Origin: an uncultured Actinomycetota bacterium | Lineage (GTDB): Bacteria; Actinomycetota; Acidimicrobiia; Spongiisociales; UBA5794 | NCBI GenBank assembly: GCA_963700375.1 | Contig: CAVOXF010000006.1 | Location: 348,021 to 412,020, forward strand | Direction of reading: 5' to 3' | DNA length: 64,000 nt | Shown: positions 1 through 11,169 of the stretch, one piece after another | Layout: each line of letters begins with the position of its first letter | How positions within the stretch are numbered: the first letter of the stretch is position 1 | Notes under the pieces: generated by a model | Seen by the model: only the letters and a program-made list of their open reading frames with translations | Database searches by the model: none | What the model was told of the DNA's origin: nothing | Position numbers and translations under genes: made by a program

Positions 1-18
1 AGCTCTTCCGGCGAGTCC

Positions 19-327
19 TCAGCGGCCGAGCGCCAATCGCAGATCCGGATCAGCCGACCAGTCGACAGTGTCCCACGGTGGCGCCTTCTCCTGCCCATCG
101 AGCCGCTCCGAGGGCAACCAGGTGTCCTCGACGAACGCCATGTGCTTGAGCAGCCCACCAAGTGTCACAGAGGAAGCGGCGACAGTCGCCGCAAGCCCGG
201 CAGCATCCAGCCCAGCGCACTTCCACCGGAGCGTCGCCCGCTGGTAGTCCAGGAACCCAAGGATGGTGGCCGCCTCGTCCCCGGCGATGGGCGGCTCCCT
301 ACGTCCGTGTTCGTCAGTGTCAGACAT
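19..327 (-). CDS. DinB_2/DUF664 (mycothiol-dependent isomerase N-terminal-like) family protein
   Basis: The 102-aa ORF has the N-terminal motif FLDYQRATLRWKCAGLD typical of DUF664/DinB_2 proteins. It is shorter than typical family members (about 170 aa). Confidence 0.45.
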   Translation of the reverse strand: MSDTDEHGRREPPIAGDEAATILGFLDYQRATLRWKCAGLDAAGLAATVAASSVTLGGLLKHMAFVEDTWLPSERLDGQEKAPPWDTVDWSADPDLRLALGR

Positions 328-382
328 GAGTGGACTCTACGCCGGACGTGCGGATCAGGTACCCCGCTACTCGGCCACTCAG

Positions 383-3300
383 CTACTCGACAGGCCACAT
401 CGTCCCGAGGAACTCGAGCAGCGCCCTCGCCACATCCTTCCTCGGGGCGGGGATGAACAGTGTCGATCCCCGAAGGACCGCACCCCGGGCGATGCGGTCC
501 AGACGGACCTCCTGTGACGGCCGCAGGTCGACCTTCGACATGCGAACCTCGTTGCGGACCTGGACGATCTCGTCAAGTCCGACACGGATGGCATCGACGC
601 GAAGCCTGGCCACGGTGATGAGTTCTTCCGCTTCCGGGGGCAGGAGCCCATAGCGGTCCTCCCACTCCACGACCACATCGTCCACCTCATCATCGGTCGT
701 AGCGGCAGCCAGCCGGCGGTAGCCCTCGAGACGGCCGTCGGCGTCGGACACGTACTCGTCGGGGAGTCGCGCCTCGATCGGAAGGTCGATCCGGATGTCG
801 TGCTCGACCTTCTGCTCGATCGGCTCTCCCTTCAACTCCTGAACCGCCTCGGCGACCAGTTCGGTGTAGAGGTCGAACCCGACCGCCGCGATGTGTCCGG
901 ACTGCGTCTCGGACAGGATGCTGCCTGCTCCGCGGATCTCCAGATCTCGCATCGCGAGTTCGAACCCGGATCCAAGGTCGGAGAACTCACCGATGGCCTC
1001 GAGCCGCCGGAACGCACTCTCCCCGATCCGCTCCTCCGGGGGGTGGAACAGGTAGGCATAAGCCCGTTGGCTCGACCGCCCGACCCTTCCCCGCAATTGG
1101 TAGAGCTGGGCCAACCCGAGCCGGTCGGCCCGTTCGACGATGAGCGTGTTCACCTGTGGCAGATCCAGACCGGACTCGATGATCGTGGTGGCGACCAGCA
1201 CGTCGTAGTCGCCGTTCCAGAAGTCGTACATGACCTGTTCGAGTTGCCCTTCGTTCATCTGCCCGTGAGCAATGGCGTACCGGGCGTCCGGGACGAGATC
1301 TCGCAGACGCGTCACGGCGTGGTCAATCGACTGGACGCGGTTGTGGACGTAGAAGACCTGGCCCTCGCGCAGGATCTCCCGACGAATCGCCGCTGAGACC
1401 GCCTGGTCGTCGTACGGACCGACATAGGTGAGGATCGGGTGCCGGTCCTCGGGGGCGGTCCGAATATGGCTGACTTCACGAATCCCGGTCAGCGCCATCT
1501 CGAGGGTTCTCGGGATCGGCGTGGCGGTGAGCGTGAGCGCATCGACGGATGACCGGATCGCCTTGATTCGATCCTTGGCTGCAACACCGAACCGCTGTTC
1601 CTCATCGATCACCAGCAGTCCGAGGTCACGGAAGTCGACGTCGGCCGACAGCAGCCGGTGGGTACCAACGACGATGTCGACAGAACCATCGGCAATCCCG
1701 GCAATTACCTTGCGCTGCTGGGCCGAAGTGAGGAAGCGGCTCAGCATCTCGACCCTGACTGGGAACGGGGCGAACCGCTCTTCCATCGTCGCGAAGTGCT
1801 GCTGGGCGAGGAGCGTCGTCGGAACCAGGAGGGCTGCTTGTTTGCCATCCTGCACTGCCTTGAACATGGCGCGGAGCGCCACCTCGGTCTTCCCGTACCC
1901 GACATCGCCGAAGATCAGACGATCCATCGGGGCTTCGGCCTCCATGTCGGTCTTGACGTCGGCGATCGCCGTCAGCTGGTCCGGCGTCTCTTCGTACGGG
2001 AATGCCGCCTCGAACTCCTGCTGCCACGGCGTGTCCGGTTCGAAACCGTGACCTGCCGTCCCCGCCCTCAGGCGATGCAGGTTCACCACGGCTTCGGCAA
2101 CGACCGCAACCGCCTTCCTGACCTTGGTGCGGGTCTGGGACCAGTCTGCGCCCCCCATGCGAGAAAGGCGTGGCTTCTCACCTCCGGTGTACCGGCGTAC
2201 GGCCGCGAGCTGATCGGTCGGGACATAGATCCTGTCACCGGCCGCGTACTCGACGAGCAAGTAGTCGCGAGCCGCCCCTGCCATGTCGCGATGTACCAGA
2301 CCCTCGAACCGGCCAACGCCGTGATGATGGTGAACGACGTAGTCGCCGGGGTTCAGATCCCGGTACGCCTCGTCATGGCGCTCGCCTCTTCCCTTGCGTA
2401 CCGTCCGGTGCGAGCGGCGGCGTCCTGCCACCTCCCGCTCACCGACGACCGCCACACCAAGCGCGGGGAAGACGAACCCGTTGTGGATGCCGGTTGGGAG
2501 CACCGCCGACCCGACGGTCTCCAGCGTGTCGACGACCGGGAGGCCGGCACCGGACTCAGCGAGAAGACCCGCAACCCGCTTCGCTGCGCTCATTCCGTCC
2601 ATGGCAACGATCACATCCACGTCGCGCACGCGTCCATCCGGTGATCGTCGTCGCCACGGATTCGGGATCGCCTGCGATGGCACCGAACCCACGCATCTCG
2701 AAGCCGACGTCGCCCGGCGACGCCGCCATCGGCGGCGCCTCGAGGACATCGATCCCCTCAGCGGGTTCGAGCGGTAGGTAGAGCGGCGGGTGTGCTCCGG
2801 CGTCTGGGCCGTCCTTGCCCCACGTCCCGGACAGGACGCCGGCAAGATCGGCTTCCTCGCCGATCAGTTCGCGGCATCGATCCTTCGCCCGTTCGGGGTC
2901 GAACAGCACCACGATCGCGGCGGTCTCGTCGAGCATCGTCTTCGGCGGCGACAGCCACGGCAGCCAGGACTCGATCCCGGGGAACCGGATGCCCTCGGCA
3001 ATCCGCTCCCACGTTGATGAACCCCACGGCGCGTCGACGATCAGGTCGGCGGCGCGGCGGCGCATGCCATCCGAGATCAGAACCTCACCTGCCGGGAACA
3101 CATCGATCTCGTCGAGGGAACCCTCCGACCGCTGGGTCGAGATCACGAACGGCCGCATCTCTTCGATCGTATCGCCCCAGAAGTCGATTCGAACCGGGAG
3201 CGACGCCTGGATTGGGAAGACGTCGATGATGCCGCCTCGAACCGCGAACTCACCCCTCCCCTCGACCCGCTCCGTGCGGCGGTACCCGACGTGGGCAATT

Positions 3301-3800
3301 CGGGCGACGAGGTCGTCGAACGGCACGTCGGTCCCCGTTGTCAGGCGAATGGGGTCGACGGGGGTCGAGCTGAGTCGTTGTGTCGCAGCCCGGACGGATG
3401 CGACGACGATAGCCGGTTCCCGGCTCGCGAGGGCATGACGGGCCACAATGCGATCGGCCATCGTCGAGATGCTCGGAGACACGTGCTCGAACGGCAGCGT
3501 CTCCCACGCCGGGAGATGGAATCCGTCGCAGGTGAAGAGCGCCAGATCCTCGGCAAGGTCCTCCGCCTCCCGTTCGCCCGGGACCACGGCGAGGATGCTG
3601 CGTCCGGTGCGTTCGGCGATTCCGGCGAGCACGACAGCCCGCAGCGCGGATGCCACGACGTAGCGTCCGGGGATCGGCGGAAGCTGGTCACGCCCGAAGC
3701 GTTCGAGTACGGAGGTAAGCGGAGCGACCACGAAGAGAGAGCGTACCGATCGGACCGGCCAACGCGTCAGCGCTCGATGAATCCCTCGCTCGCGAGCCAC
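383..3800 (-). CDS. mfd: Transcription-repair coupling factor Mfd, reading frame broken by an apparent single-base frameshift near 2610-2660
   Basis: The 414-aa ORF (2556..3800) carries the UvrB-like D1/D2 N-terminal domains. The 820-aa ORF (383..2845) carries D3/D4 (GDYVVHxxHGVGRF) and the superfamily-2 translocase motifs (GYGKTEVA, LLVIDEEQRFG, helicase C). The two frames differ by +1 and together total about 1139 aa, the normal Mfd length. The true start may be an internal GTG near 3740. Confidence 0.85.
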
Positions 3801-4795
3801 TCAACGGTTCGGCTCAGGGTCTCCCCGATCGGGGTGTAGACCATGCCGAGGTCCTCGATTGACCGGGTCACGTCGAAACGGTGACCGTGGAGCAGCGTTC
3901 GGAGCATCTCCACACAGATCGGGCGCTCCCGACCGAAAAGTCCAGCGACGGCAACCAGTGGGTACGCAGCAGCGGCCGCCCATCGGGGAAGCATCACAGG
4001 GTCGATGGGACGACCGATGACCTCGCCGAGTGTCGCAACAGCATCGCGAACGGTGATGCTCGCCCCGCTAACGAGGTACCTCGCCCCGTCTGCCCCGTGT
4101 TCGGCGGCCAGGAGGTGGGCCGAGGCACAGTCGTCTACGTCGACGATCGAGAGCGTGGTGTCGATCGCGACCACCCGCTTCGCGTTCAGCGCGAGCCGGA
4201 GAAGGAACGTCGACCCCCCGGACCGCCCAGGCCCCTGGACCGACGAAGGGTTGACGGCGACTGCCTCGATTCCGGTGCGTGCGGACTCCTCGAAGAACAC
4301 CTGTTCCCCGAGGTACTTCGATCGGGCGTAATGGGACAGAAAGCCCGGACCGTGCGGCGTCGACTCCGATGCGACCGTTCCCTCGGATTCGCCGATCGTG
4401 GCGGCCGATGACGTCAACACGATCCTGCGGACTCCTGCCTCGGATGCCGCGTCAACCACCGTTCGAACACCGTCGACGTTGGTTCGGTACATTGGCCCCG
4501 GGTCCGAAGGGCACATAGCGTTGACGCCTGCGACGTGGAAGACGATGTGGCAATCGGACATCCCTTCGAGCAAGGACGTCCGGTCTTCGACATCGCCGCG
4601 AACCGGGACCGCTCCCTTCGCTGCGAGTGCCCTCGCCGACTCAGCGGACCGGGCGAGCGCCCGCACGTTCGCTCCAGACTGCAGCAGTTGATCGAGAACG
4701 GCGCCTCCGACAAACCCGGACCCGCCGGTGACGAAGACCCCTGTGTGAGAGATCCCCGAGGCTGATGCCGCGAAGGTGACCTTCGCCGACCCCAC
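3767..4795 (-). CDS. NAD-dependent epimerase/dehydratase family (SDR) protein
   Basis: It has a Rossmann motif VFVTGGSGFVGG and the general epimerase/dehydratase architecture. The start is uncertain and may be internal. Confidence 0.7.
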   Translation of the reverse strand: MGSAKVTFAASASGISHTGVFVTGGSGFVGGAVLDQLLQSGANVRALARSAESARALAAKGAVPVRGDVEDRTSLLEGMSDCHIVFHVAGVNAMCPSDPGPMYRTNVDGVRTVVDAASEAGVRRIVLTSSAATIGESEGTVASESTPHGPGFLSHYARSKYLGEQVFFEESARTGIEAVAVNPSSVQGPGRSGGSTFLLRLALNAKRVVAIDTTLSIVDVDDCASAHLLAAEHGADGARYLVSGASITVRDAVATLGEVIGRPIDPVMLPRWAAAAAYPLVAVAGLFGRERPICVEMLRTLLHGHRFDVTRSIEDLGMVYTPIGETLSRTVEWLASEGFIER

Positions 4796-4798
4796 CGA

Positions 4799-5356
4799 CT
4801 AGTCCTTCGTGCGCGAGGTGGTGAACACCGAGCGGAACCGGGAGAAGTAATCGCCGGCGGATACGACCGTCACGATGACGGCCGCCGCCATGAACCACTC
4901 GTCGAGCCGCCACGGCCCGATGACGATGTCCAACCTGAGAATCGCGAGTGCGATAGCCGTGAACTGGAGAGCCGCCTTCGACTTGCCCCACATGCTCGGC
5001 GGCACCGTGGACGAATCCAGCGCGGCCACGCTACGCAGCCCCATGATTGCGACTTCCCTGGCAATGATGATGAATGCCACCCAGGTCGACACCGTCCCAA
5101 CCTCGACCAAGGCGATGAGCGCGCCGGTGACCAGGATCTTGTCCGCCACCGTGTCGAGGAAGGCCCCGAGCGTGCTGGTGAGCTGCCACCGGCGAGCAAG
5201 GTAGCCGTCGGCGAAGTCCGTGAGCGCTGCGATCACGAATACGACGGTCGCTGCGATCCGCGTCCCCTGACTATCGGTGCCCGTGAGGATGAGCGCCATG
5301 GCGACCGGCGTGAGGATCAGCCGGGCGATCGCGAGGAGGTTCGGAATCGACATCAC
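4799..5356 (-). CDS. pgsA: CDP-alcohol phosphatidyltransferase (phosphatidylglycerophosphate synthase-like)
   Basis: It has the motif DxxDGxxAR...G...D...D (DFADGYLARRWQLTSTLGAFLDTVADK) and multiple transmembrane segments. Confidence 0.75.
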   Translation of the reverse strand: MMSIPNLLAIARLILTPVAMALILTGTDSQGTRIAATVVFVIAALTDFADGYLARRWQLTSTLGAFLDTVADKILVTGALIALVEVGTVSTWVAFIIIAREVAIMGLRSVAALDSSTVPPSMWGKSKAALQFTAIALAILRLDIVIGPWRLDEWFMAAAVIVTVVSAGDYFSRFRSVFTTSRTKD

Positions 5357-5386
5357 GGTCAGATGGTAAGCGTTCTGCGCGGTCGG

Positions 5387-6868
5387 CTACTCGACCCAAC
5401 CCATCGAACGCTCGACGGCCTTGCCCCAGTCCCTGCACCGAAGATCCCGCTCCCCCGGGTCCATCGAGGGCGTGAACGTCCGATCCTCAGCCCAGTGTGC
5501 CGCGATTTCGTCGAGGCTCTCCCAGAATCCGACGGCGAGACCGGCCGCGTATGCTGCTCCGAGCACCGTTGTCTCGCTGATCTTGGGTCGAACGACGTCG
5601 ACGTCGAGCACGTCGGCCTGGAACTGCATGAGGATGTCGTTGACGACCATGCCGCCGTCGACCTTCAGTTCGGTAAGTTCGATGCCGGCGTCCGCCTCCA
5701 TGGCCTCGAAGACATCCCTGCTCTGGAACGCGGTCGCCTCGAGGACGGCGCGGGCAAGGTGGCCCCGGTTGGCGTAGCGGGTGAGGCCGGTGACCACGCC
5801 ACGGGCATCGTCTCGCCACCACGGAGCGAACAACCCGGAGAAGGCTGGGACGAAGTAGACGCCGCCGTTGTCGTCAACCTCGGCGGCGAGCTCGCTGATC
5901 TGTTCGGCCGAGTCGATCATCCGAAGGTTGTCGCGCAACCATTGCACCCCGGCCCCTGCGATGGCGACAGACCCTTCGAGTGCGTATCGCGCCGGTGAGC
6001 CCGCGAGTTCGTATGCGACGGTGGTGAGCAGGCCGTTGTCCGACCGGACGATCTGTTCGCCGGTATTGAGCAGAAGGAAACATCCGGTGCCGTAGGTGTT
6101 CTTTGCCATGCCCGGTTCGAAACAGGCTTGGCCGAAGAGGGCAGCCTGTTGGTCACCGAGGATCCCAGCAAATGGGACGCCATCGAGCGGTTCCCGGCAC
6201 TCGGCAACGAATCCGGAAGACGGGACGATACGAGGAAGCACCGAGCGGGGTACTCCGATGGCTTCAAGCAATCCATCGTCCCACGCCAACGTCTCGAGGT
6301 CCATGAACATCGTTCGGCTGGCATTGGTGACGTCCGTGACGTGCTCCCCGGTCAGATTCCACGCGACCCACGAGTCCATGGTCCCGAAGGCCACTTCGCC
6401 GGTCTCGGCTCGCACCCGCACGTCCTCGTCGTTCTCAAGGAGCCAGCGGACCTTCGGGCCTGCAAAGTAGGTGGCGAGCGGCAGACCGGTCTGAGCGCGG
6501 AATCGGTCGGCCCCCTCGTCTCCGCCGAGACGCCGACACAGTTCGGCGGTTCGCACATCTTGCCAAACGATGGCGTTCCCGAGCGGCTCGCCGGTCTCCC
6601 GGGACCACAGCAGCGTGGTCTCGCGCTGGTTCGTGAGTCCGACGGCGACAAGGTCGTCCGGGCGTGCGCCGAGTTGGTCGAAGGCCTCTCGGATCACCAG
6701 GTCGACATTGCGGCGGATCTCCTGCGGATCGTGCTCGACCCACCCGGGCTGCGGATAGATCTGCTCGTGTTCGCGCTGGGCCATTGCAACGATCTGACCA
6801 TGGTGGTCGACCAGCGCACATCGAGAAGAGGTCGTCCCCTGATCTATTGCCGCTACGTACGAAGTCAT
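5387..6868 (-). CDS. glpK: Glycerol kinase
   Basis: It is a 493-aa FGGY kinase with the N-terminus [16 protein letters not shown] and glycerol kinase signature regions. Confidence 0.9.
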   Translation of the reverse strand: MTSYVAAIDQGTTSSRCALVDHHGQIVAMAQREHEQIYPQPGWVEHDPQEIRRNVDLVIREAFDQLGARPDDLVAVGLTNQRETTLLWSRETGEPLGNAIVWQDVRTAELCRRLGGDEGADRFRAQTGLPLATYFAGPKVRWLLENDEDVRVRAETGEVAFGTMDSWVAWNLTGEHVTDVTNASRTMFMDLETLAWDDGLLEAIGVPRSVLPRIVPSSGFVAECREPLDGVPFAGILGDQQAALFGQACFEPGMAKNTYGTGCFLLLNTGEQIVRSDNGLLTTVAYELAGSPARYALEGSVAIAGAGVQWLRDNLRMIDSAEQISELAAEVDDNGGVYFVPAFSGLFAPWWRDDARGVVTGLTRYANRGHLARAVLEATAFQSRDVFEAMEADAGIELTELKVDGGMVVNDILMQFQADVLDVDVVRPKISETTVLGAAYAAGLAVGFWESLDEIAAHWAEDRTFTPSMDPGERDLRCRDWGKAVERSMGWVE

Positions 6869-6879
6869 CGGCGCACCTT

Positions 6880-7455
6880 TCAGTTGTTCAGCGCTCCCGC
6901 CGTCTCGCGGGCCGCGGCGCCGCCGGCAGCGGCGAACACCTCGACCACGCGAACGCTTCGGATGACCGCGTCGTCGACCGAAGCCCGTTCGACCTTAGCG
7001 AATCGATCGAGCACGTAGTCCGCAGGATCAACCCGATCGGGAGGTCGACCAACACCGATCTTCAGGCGCCAGAATTCGTTGGTGCCAAGCGAGGCGGCGA
7101 TCGAGCGAATCCCATTGTGGCCACCGGTTCCGCCGCCGAACTGCACTTTCAGCTTGGCAAACGGAAGATCGATGTCGTCGTGCACGATCAGGAGGCGGTC
7201 GCCGTCCACGTGCTCGTATCGAACCAGCGGGGCGATTGCCTGGCCGCATTCGTTCATGAACGTGCGTGGCAGGGCGAAGACGATCCGGGTCTGATCGATT
7301 CGCGTCTCCGCAACGTCCGACCGGATTCCGAGCCGCGCCTTCTTGAACGTGAGATTCGGATCCGCCGCGACCACAACCTCGGCGCCAACGTTGTGGCGCG
7401 TGCCGTCGTAGCGGGAACCTGGATTCCGCAGTCCGACGATGAGCTTGGTGTCCAC
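6880..7455 (-). CDS. pth: Peptidyl-tRNA hydrolase
   Basis: It is 191 aa with the N-terminus [21 protein letters not shown]. Confidence 0.9.
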   Translation of the reverse strand: MDTKLIVGLRNPGSRYDGTRHNVGAEVVVAADPNLTFKKARLGIRSDVAETRIDQTRIVFALPRTFMNECGQAIAPLVRYEHVDGDRLLIVHDDIDLPFAKLKVQFGGGTGGHNGIRSIAASLGTNEFWRLKIGVGRPPDRVDPADYVLDRFAKVERASVDDAVIRSVRVVEVFAAAGGAAARETAGALNN

Positions 7456-7464
7456 GAAGCGGAA

Positions 7465-8130
7465 CTAGCCCTCGTCGGACCCGTCCTCGCCGGACACAGC
7501 GCCTCCGCCCTCTTCGCCCTCTTCGCCCGCTTCGCCCTCGACGAGATCCTCGGGGGCCTCTTCTTCTGCGACGGACGGGAGGAGCACGGTCACAAGCGGA
7601 CGGTCAGCCTCGGTGATGTAGGTGACGCCTTCGAGGACCGGGAGGTCTTCGACCTTGAGCGTGTCCCCGATGCCGAGCTCGCTGATGTCGACCTCGATCG
7701 ACGTCGGAATGGCGGTCGGCAACGCGGAGAGCATCACGGCATTCTCGATCATCTCGATGAAGCCGCCCTCTTCCTTCACACCGCGCGGCGTACCGGTGAA
7801 CTCGAGCCCAACCTCGGCATCGATTGCGACGTCGAGCGAGACCTTGATGAAGTCCAGATGCATGATGTCACCACGCACGGGGTCTCGCTGCACCTCGCGA
7901 GCAACGGCGAGAATCTCGTTCCCGCCATCGATCTGAACGTTGATGAGGGCGTTGAGGCCGGCGTCGGTGTGCAGAGCGCCGTGCAATTCGCGGCGATCGA
8001 CGGCGATCTCCTCGGTCTCGATCCCAACGCCGTACACGACGGCCGGAATCTGCCCCTCACGGCGCATCCGACGCGCCGGACGGCTTCCCGATACGGTGCG
8101 CTTGAGAGCGCGCAAGGTCTCCTGTTGCAT
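7465..8130 (-). CDS. rplY: 50S ribosomal protein L25 (general stress protein Ctc form, acidic C-terminal tail)
   Basis: It has the L25 core (RREGQIPAVVYG...). The start is placed at the internal ATG (MQQETL); the upstream part of the ORF looks like a spurious extension. Confidence 0.85.
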   Translation of the reverse strand: MQQETLRALKRTVSGSRPARRMRREGQIPAVVYGVGIETEEIAVDRRELHGALHTDAGLNALINVQIDGGNEILAVAREVQRDPVRGDIMHLDFIKVSLDVAIDAEVGLEFTGTPRGVKEEGGFIEMIENAVMLSALPTAIPTSIEVDISELGIGDTLKVEDLPVLEGVTYITEADRPLVTVLLPSVAEEEAPEDLVEGEAGEEGEEGGGAVSGEDGSDEG

Positions 8131-8223
8131 GGCTGGGCTCCTCGAAGAATGCTGCCGAAGTCCCGCAAGTGTAGGGCGAGGAAGCGCACAAAGCACTTTG
8201 CGCAGCGTCTTCGGCCTCGCCGG

Positions 8224-8631
8224 CTACCCGCTCACAAACGACAGGCGGATCGTGCGCGCCGCGTTGTCTTCGTTCGGGTCGACGAGAACGATCGACTGCC
8301 AGGTTCCGAGGGCAGGGCGGCCGTCGGTCACCGGGACCGTGATCGACGGAGCCACGAAGCCGGGCATCACGTGATCGGCGCCGTGGCCGGGAGATCCGTG
8401 CCGGTGTCGGTACCGGCGGTCATCGCGTGGCAGGATCTCGTCGAGGGCGGCCAAGAGGTCGATATCGCTTCCCGCGCCCGTCTCGATGATCGCAATCCCG
8501 GCCGTTGCATGGGGAACGAAGACGTTCAGCAATCCATCTCCTCGCCCGGTGACGAACCGCACAACGTCGGCGGTGAGGTCGAAGATCCCTCGTTGGTGCC
8601 CGGTCTCGATCGTGAAGACGTGCGTATCCAT
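8224..8631 (-). CDS. YjbQ/UPF0047 family protein (secondary thiamine-phosphate synthase-like)
   Basis: It is 135 aa with the conserved HVMPGFVAPS region of the YjbQ family. Confidence 0.65.
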   Translation of the reverse strand: MDTHVFTIETGHQRGIFDLTADVVRFVTGRGDGLLNVFVPHATAGIAIIETGAGSDIDLLAALDEILPRDDRRYRHRHGSPGHGADHVMPGFVAPSITVPVTDGRPALGTWQSIVLVDPNEDNAARTIRLSFVSG

Positions 8632-8653
8632 GGGCCGTCGCCTGACCGGTCGA

Positions 8654-9625
8654 CTAGATGTTCTCCCCTTCGAAGATGTCGCTCACCGAAGCATCGGAGA
8701 AGATCGCGTTGATCGCACCGGCAAGGATTGGCCCAACCGAGAGCACCGTGATCTTGTCGAGGTTCTTGGCCTCTTCAGGCAGCGGCAGCGAGTTCGTGAT
8801 GATGAGCTCATCGATCGGTGCCGCCGCAATGCGATCGACCGCCGGCGGCGACAAGACCCCGTGCGTCGAGACAACTCGAACCGAAAGGGCACCGCGTTGT
8901 TTCAAGAGTTCTGCGGCGCCGACCACGGTGCCTGCCGTGTCGATCATGTCATCGACGATGATGGCGTTGCGGTCCTTCACATCGCCGACGACCCAGAGCG
9001 TCGAGGTTTCGTTCCGGACATCAGCGGCCCGGCGTTTGTGGACGAATGCCACACGGGCTCCAAGATGGGCGGCGTATCGGGAAGCCAGCTTGACCCGGCC
9101 GGAGTCCGGGGAGACCATTGTCGTTCGACCCTCGGTGGTCTTGCGGAGGTAAGCCGAAAACAGGTGGAGCGCGGTCAGATGGTCGAAGGGCTTGTCGACG
9201 AATCCCTGGATCTGGCCGGTATGGAGATCGAGGCTGACGATCCGGTCTGCTCCGGCGGCGACGAAGAGATCACCCATCAACCTGGCCGAGATCGGCTCGC
9301 GGGGCCGTCCCTTCTTGTCCTGCCTGGCGTAGCCGTAGAACGGCACAACTGCCGTGATCCGCTTCGCCGACGCCCGCTTGAGAGCGTCGATCATGATCAA
9401 CTGCTCCATGATGTTGAAGTTGAGCGGCTGGGTGTGGCTCTGGATCACGAAAGCGTCGGCACCCCGAACGCTCTCGGTGTAGTGGATGTAGATCTCGCCG
9501 TTGGCGAACACGGAACGCTCAACTCCACCGAGTTCCACGCCCAGAATCCGCGCCACTTCTTCGGCCAGGGGTTCATTGGCGGAACCCGAGAACACCATCA
9601 ACCGTTTCTGGCTCCGAAGCTCCAT
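8654..9625 (-). CDS. prs: Ribose-phosphate pyrophosphokinase
   Basis: It is 323 aa (LMVFSGSANEPLAEEVA...) with a PRPP-binding loop. Its start overlaps the glmU stop by 1 nt. Confidence 0.9.
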   Translation of the reverse strand: MELRSQKRLMVFSGSANEPLAEEVARILGVELGGVERSVFANGEIYIHYTESVRGADAFVIQSHTQPLNFNIMEQLIMIDALKRASAKRITAVVPFYGYARQDKKGRPREPISARLMGDLFVAAGADRIVSLDLHTGQIQGFVDKPFDHLTALHLFSAYLRKTTEGRTTMVSPDSGRVKLASRYAAHLGARVAFVHKRRAADVRNETSTLWVVGDVKDRNAIIVDDMIDTAGTVVGAAELLKQRGALSVRVVSTHGVLSPPAVDRIAAAPIDELIITNSLPLPEEAKNLDKITVLSVGPILAGAINAIFSDASVSDIFEGENI

Positions 9626-11004
9626 TACTCCCCGTCCTGAGACGCCCGATGCTTCCTTCGCTCAGCGTAGCCAGGGATCTCCTCTTGGAGCGAACGCTCG
9701 ACGGCGAGCGCCCCTGCCGAGACATCATGACTGATCACCGAACCGGCACCGGTGTAGGCGTCATCGCCCACCGTGACCGGGGCAACCAGGATCGTATCAG
9801 AGCCGATCTTGACTCGATCTCCGATCCGCGTTCGATTCTTCTCGAAACCGTTGTAGTTGGCGGTGATCGTCGCGGCCCCAATGTTCGAGTCCTCGCCGAT
9901 CGTCGTGTCCCCGATGTAGCTGAGGTGCGGGATCTTCGACCGGGGCCCGACCTGTGAGTTCTTGACTTCGACGAACGACCCGGCCTTCGTATCGACGCCA
10001 AGCTCGGTGCCTGGTCGCAGATACGTGAACGGACCGACCGCTGCCAACGGGCCGACCTTCGCACCCTCAATGACGGCGAACCGCACCACGGCCGCGGCGG
10101 CGATGCGGGCGTCGGTCGCGTGGACGCTCGGCCCCACCTCGGCTCCGTTCTCAACCGATGTGGCGCCCTGGAGGTAGACATCCGGGTAGATCGTCGCGCC
10201 TGCGGCGACCTCCACATCCACATCGATGTACACACGCTCGGGATCGAGCATTGCGACCCCGGACTCCATCAACTGCCCGTTGATCCGGCCCCGCAGGACC
10301 TTGGAGGCGACTGCGAGTTCGGCGTGCGAATTCACGCCGAGGCACTCGGCCTCCTCTGCGGCGACACTCGAAACCTTCCGAGCGTCGGCGGCGAGGATCC
10401 CGATCACGTCGGTCAGGTAGTACTCACCTTGATCGTTGTCGCTCCCGAGGCGACTGAGGGCGTCGCCGAGAACGGCAGCGTCGAAGGCGTAGACGGAGAC
10501 GTTCACTTCCGAGATCGCCCGCTGTCGCGCGTTTGCGTCCCGTTCTTCAACGACGCCGATGATCTCGTCGTTCTGCCGTTCCACCCGTCCGTACCCGGTT
10601 GGGTCGGCGAAGAACGCGGTGAGCATGGTGGCCGCGGCCCCTTCCCGGCGGTGCGTCTCGAGGACCGACTCGTACGTCGCAGTCCGCAAGAGCGGCATAT
10701 CACCGAGGATGACCAGGACGGTGTCGATCCCGGACCCGCACGCCGCGAAACCGACGCGGGCTGCGTCGCCCGTCCCGAGCTGTGGTTCCTGGACAACTCC
10801 TACGGCGTGCGCGGGCAGCGCGGCAACGACGTCGTCGGCGCCGTAGCCGACGACCACGACCGTCTCGTCAGCGGCGAGGGGTTCGGCAGCCGAAAGTGCC
10901 CACCCGACAAGGCTGCGGCCGCAGGCGCGGTGCAGCACCTTCGGCAGATCTGACTTCATCCTCGTGCCCTTCCCTGCGGCGAGCACGATCACGGCAAGAC
11001 TCAT
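9625..11004 (-). CDS. glmU: Bifunctional UDP-GlcNAc pyrophosphorylase / GlcN-1-P acetyltransferase
   Basis: Its N-terminus is MSLAVIVLAAGKGTRM and it has hexapeptide repeats. The longer ORF reads through tRNA-Gln (translated as GGWCNWQH...), so the start is placed at the internal ATG at 11004. Confidence 0.9.
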   Translation of the reverse strand: MSLAVIVLAAGKGTRMKSDLPKVLHRACGRSLVGWALSAAEPLAADETVVVVGYGADDVVAALPAHAVGVVQEPQLGTGDAARVGFAACGSGIDTVLVILGDMPLLRTATYESVLETHRREGAAATMLTAFFADPTGYGRVERQNDEIIGVVEERDANARQRAISEVNVSVYAFDAAVLGDALSRLGSDNDQGEYYLTDVIGILAADARKVSSVAAEEAECLGVNSHAELAVASKVLRGRINGQLMESGVAMLDPERVYIDVDVEVAAGATIYPDVYLQGATSVENGAEVGPSVHATDARIAAAAVVRFAVIEGAKVGPLAAVGPFTYLRPGTELGVDTKAGSFVEVKNSQVGPRSKIPHLSYIGDTTIGEDSNIGAATITANYNGFEKNRTRIGDRVKIGSDTILVAPVTVGDDAYTGAGSVISHDVSAGALAVERSLQEEIPGYAERRKHRASQDGE

Positions 11005-11020
11005 GGAACCTCCATGGAGA

Positions 11021-11095
11021 TGGCTGGGGGGACAGGACTCGAACCCGTACTGGATGGACCAAAACCACCTGTGCTGCCAGTTACACCACCCCCCA
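11021..11095 (-). tRNA. tRNA-Gln (anticodon UUG)
   Basis: It folds as a cloverleaf by hand. The acceptor stem is UGGGGGG/CCCCCCA. The anticodon stem is GGUGG/CCAUC and the loop UUUUGGU gives anticodon UUG. The T-loop is TTCGAGT and CCA is encoded. Confidence 0.85.
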
Positions 11096-11169
11096 ACGGG
11101 GTGGGTCAAGAGGTTAGACGGGGTGAGCGTGTTGCGAGCTGCGAGCAGGGCGAACCTGGACGCCGCACC

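Noticed and set aside
6664-8712. A 682-aa plus-strand ORF, and similar long ORFs at 8486..9640, 10120..10953, 13808..14791, 20597..21787, 28283..30178, 38731..39927, 41524..42645, 56730..58622 and 60094..61608
   Set aside because: All are antisense or out of frame to well-supported conserved genes. Their translations are R/G/D/P-rich low-complexity strings typical of open non-coding frames in high-GC DNA.
11005-11109. N-terminal extension of glmU reading through the tRNA-Gln gene (GGWCNWQHRWFWSIQYGFESCPP)
   Set aside because: That sequence is the translation of the tRNA itself. The conserved GlmU N-terminus begins at the internal ATG.
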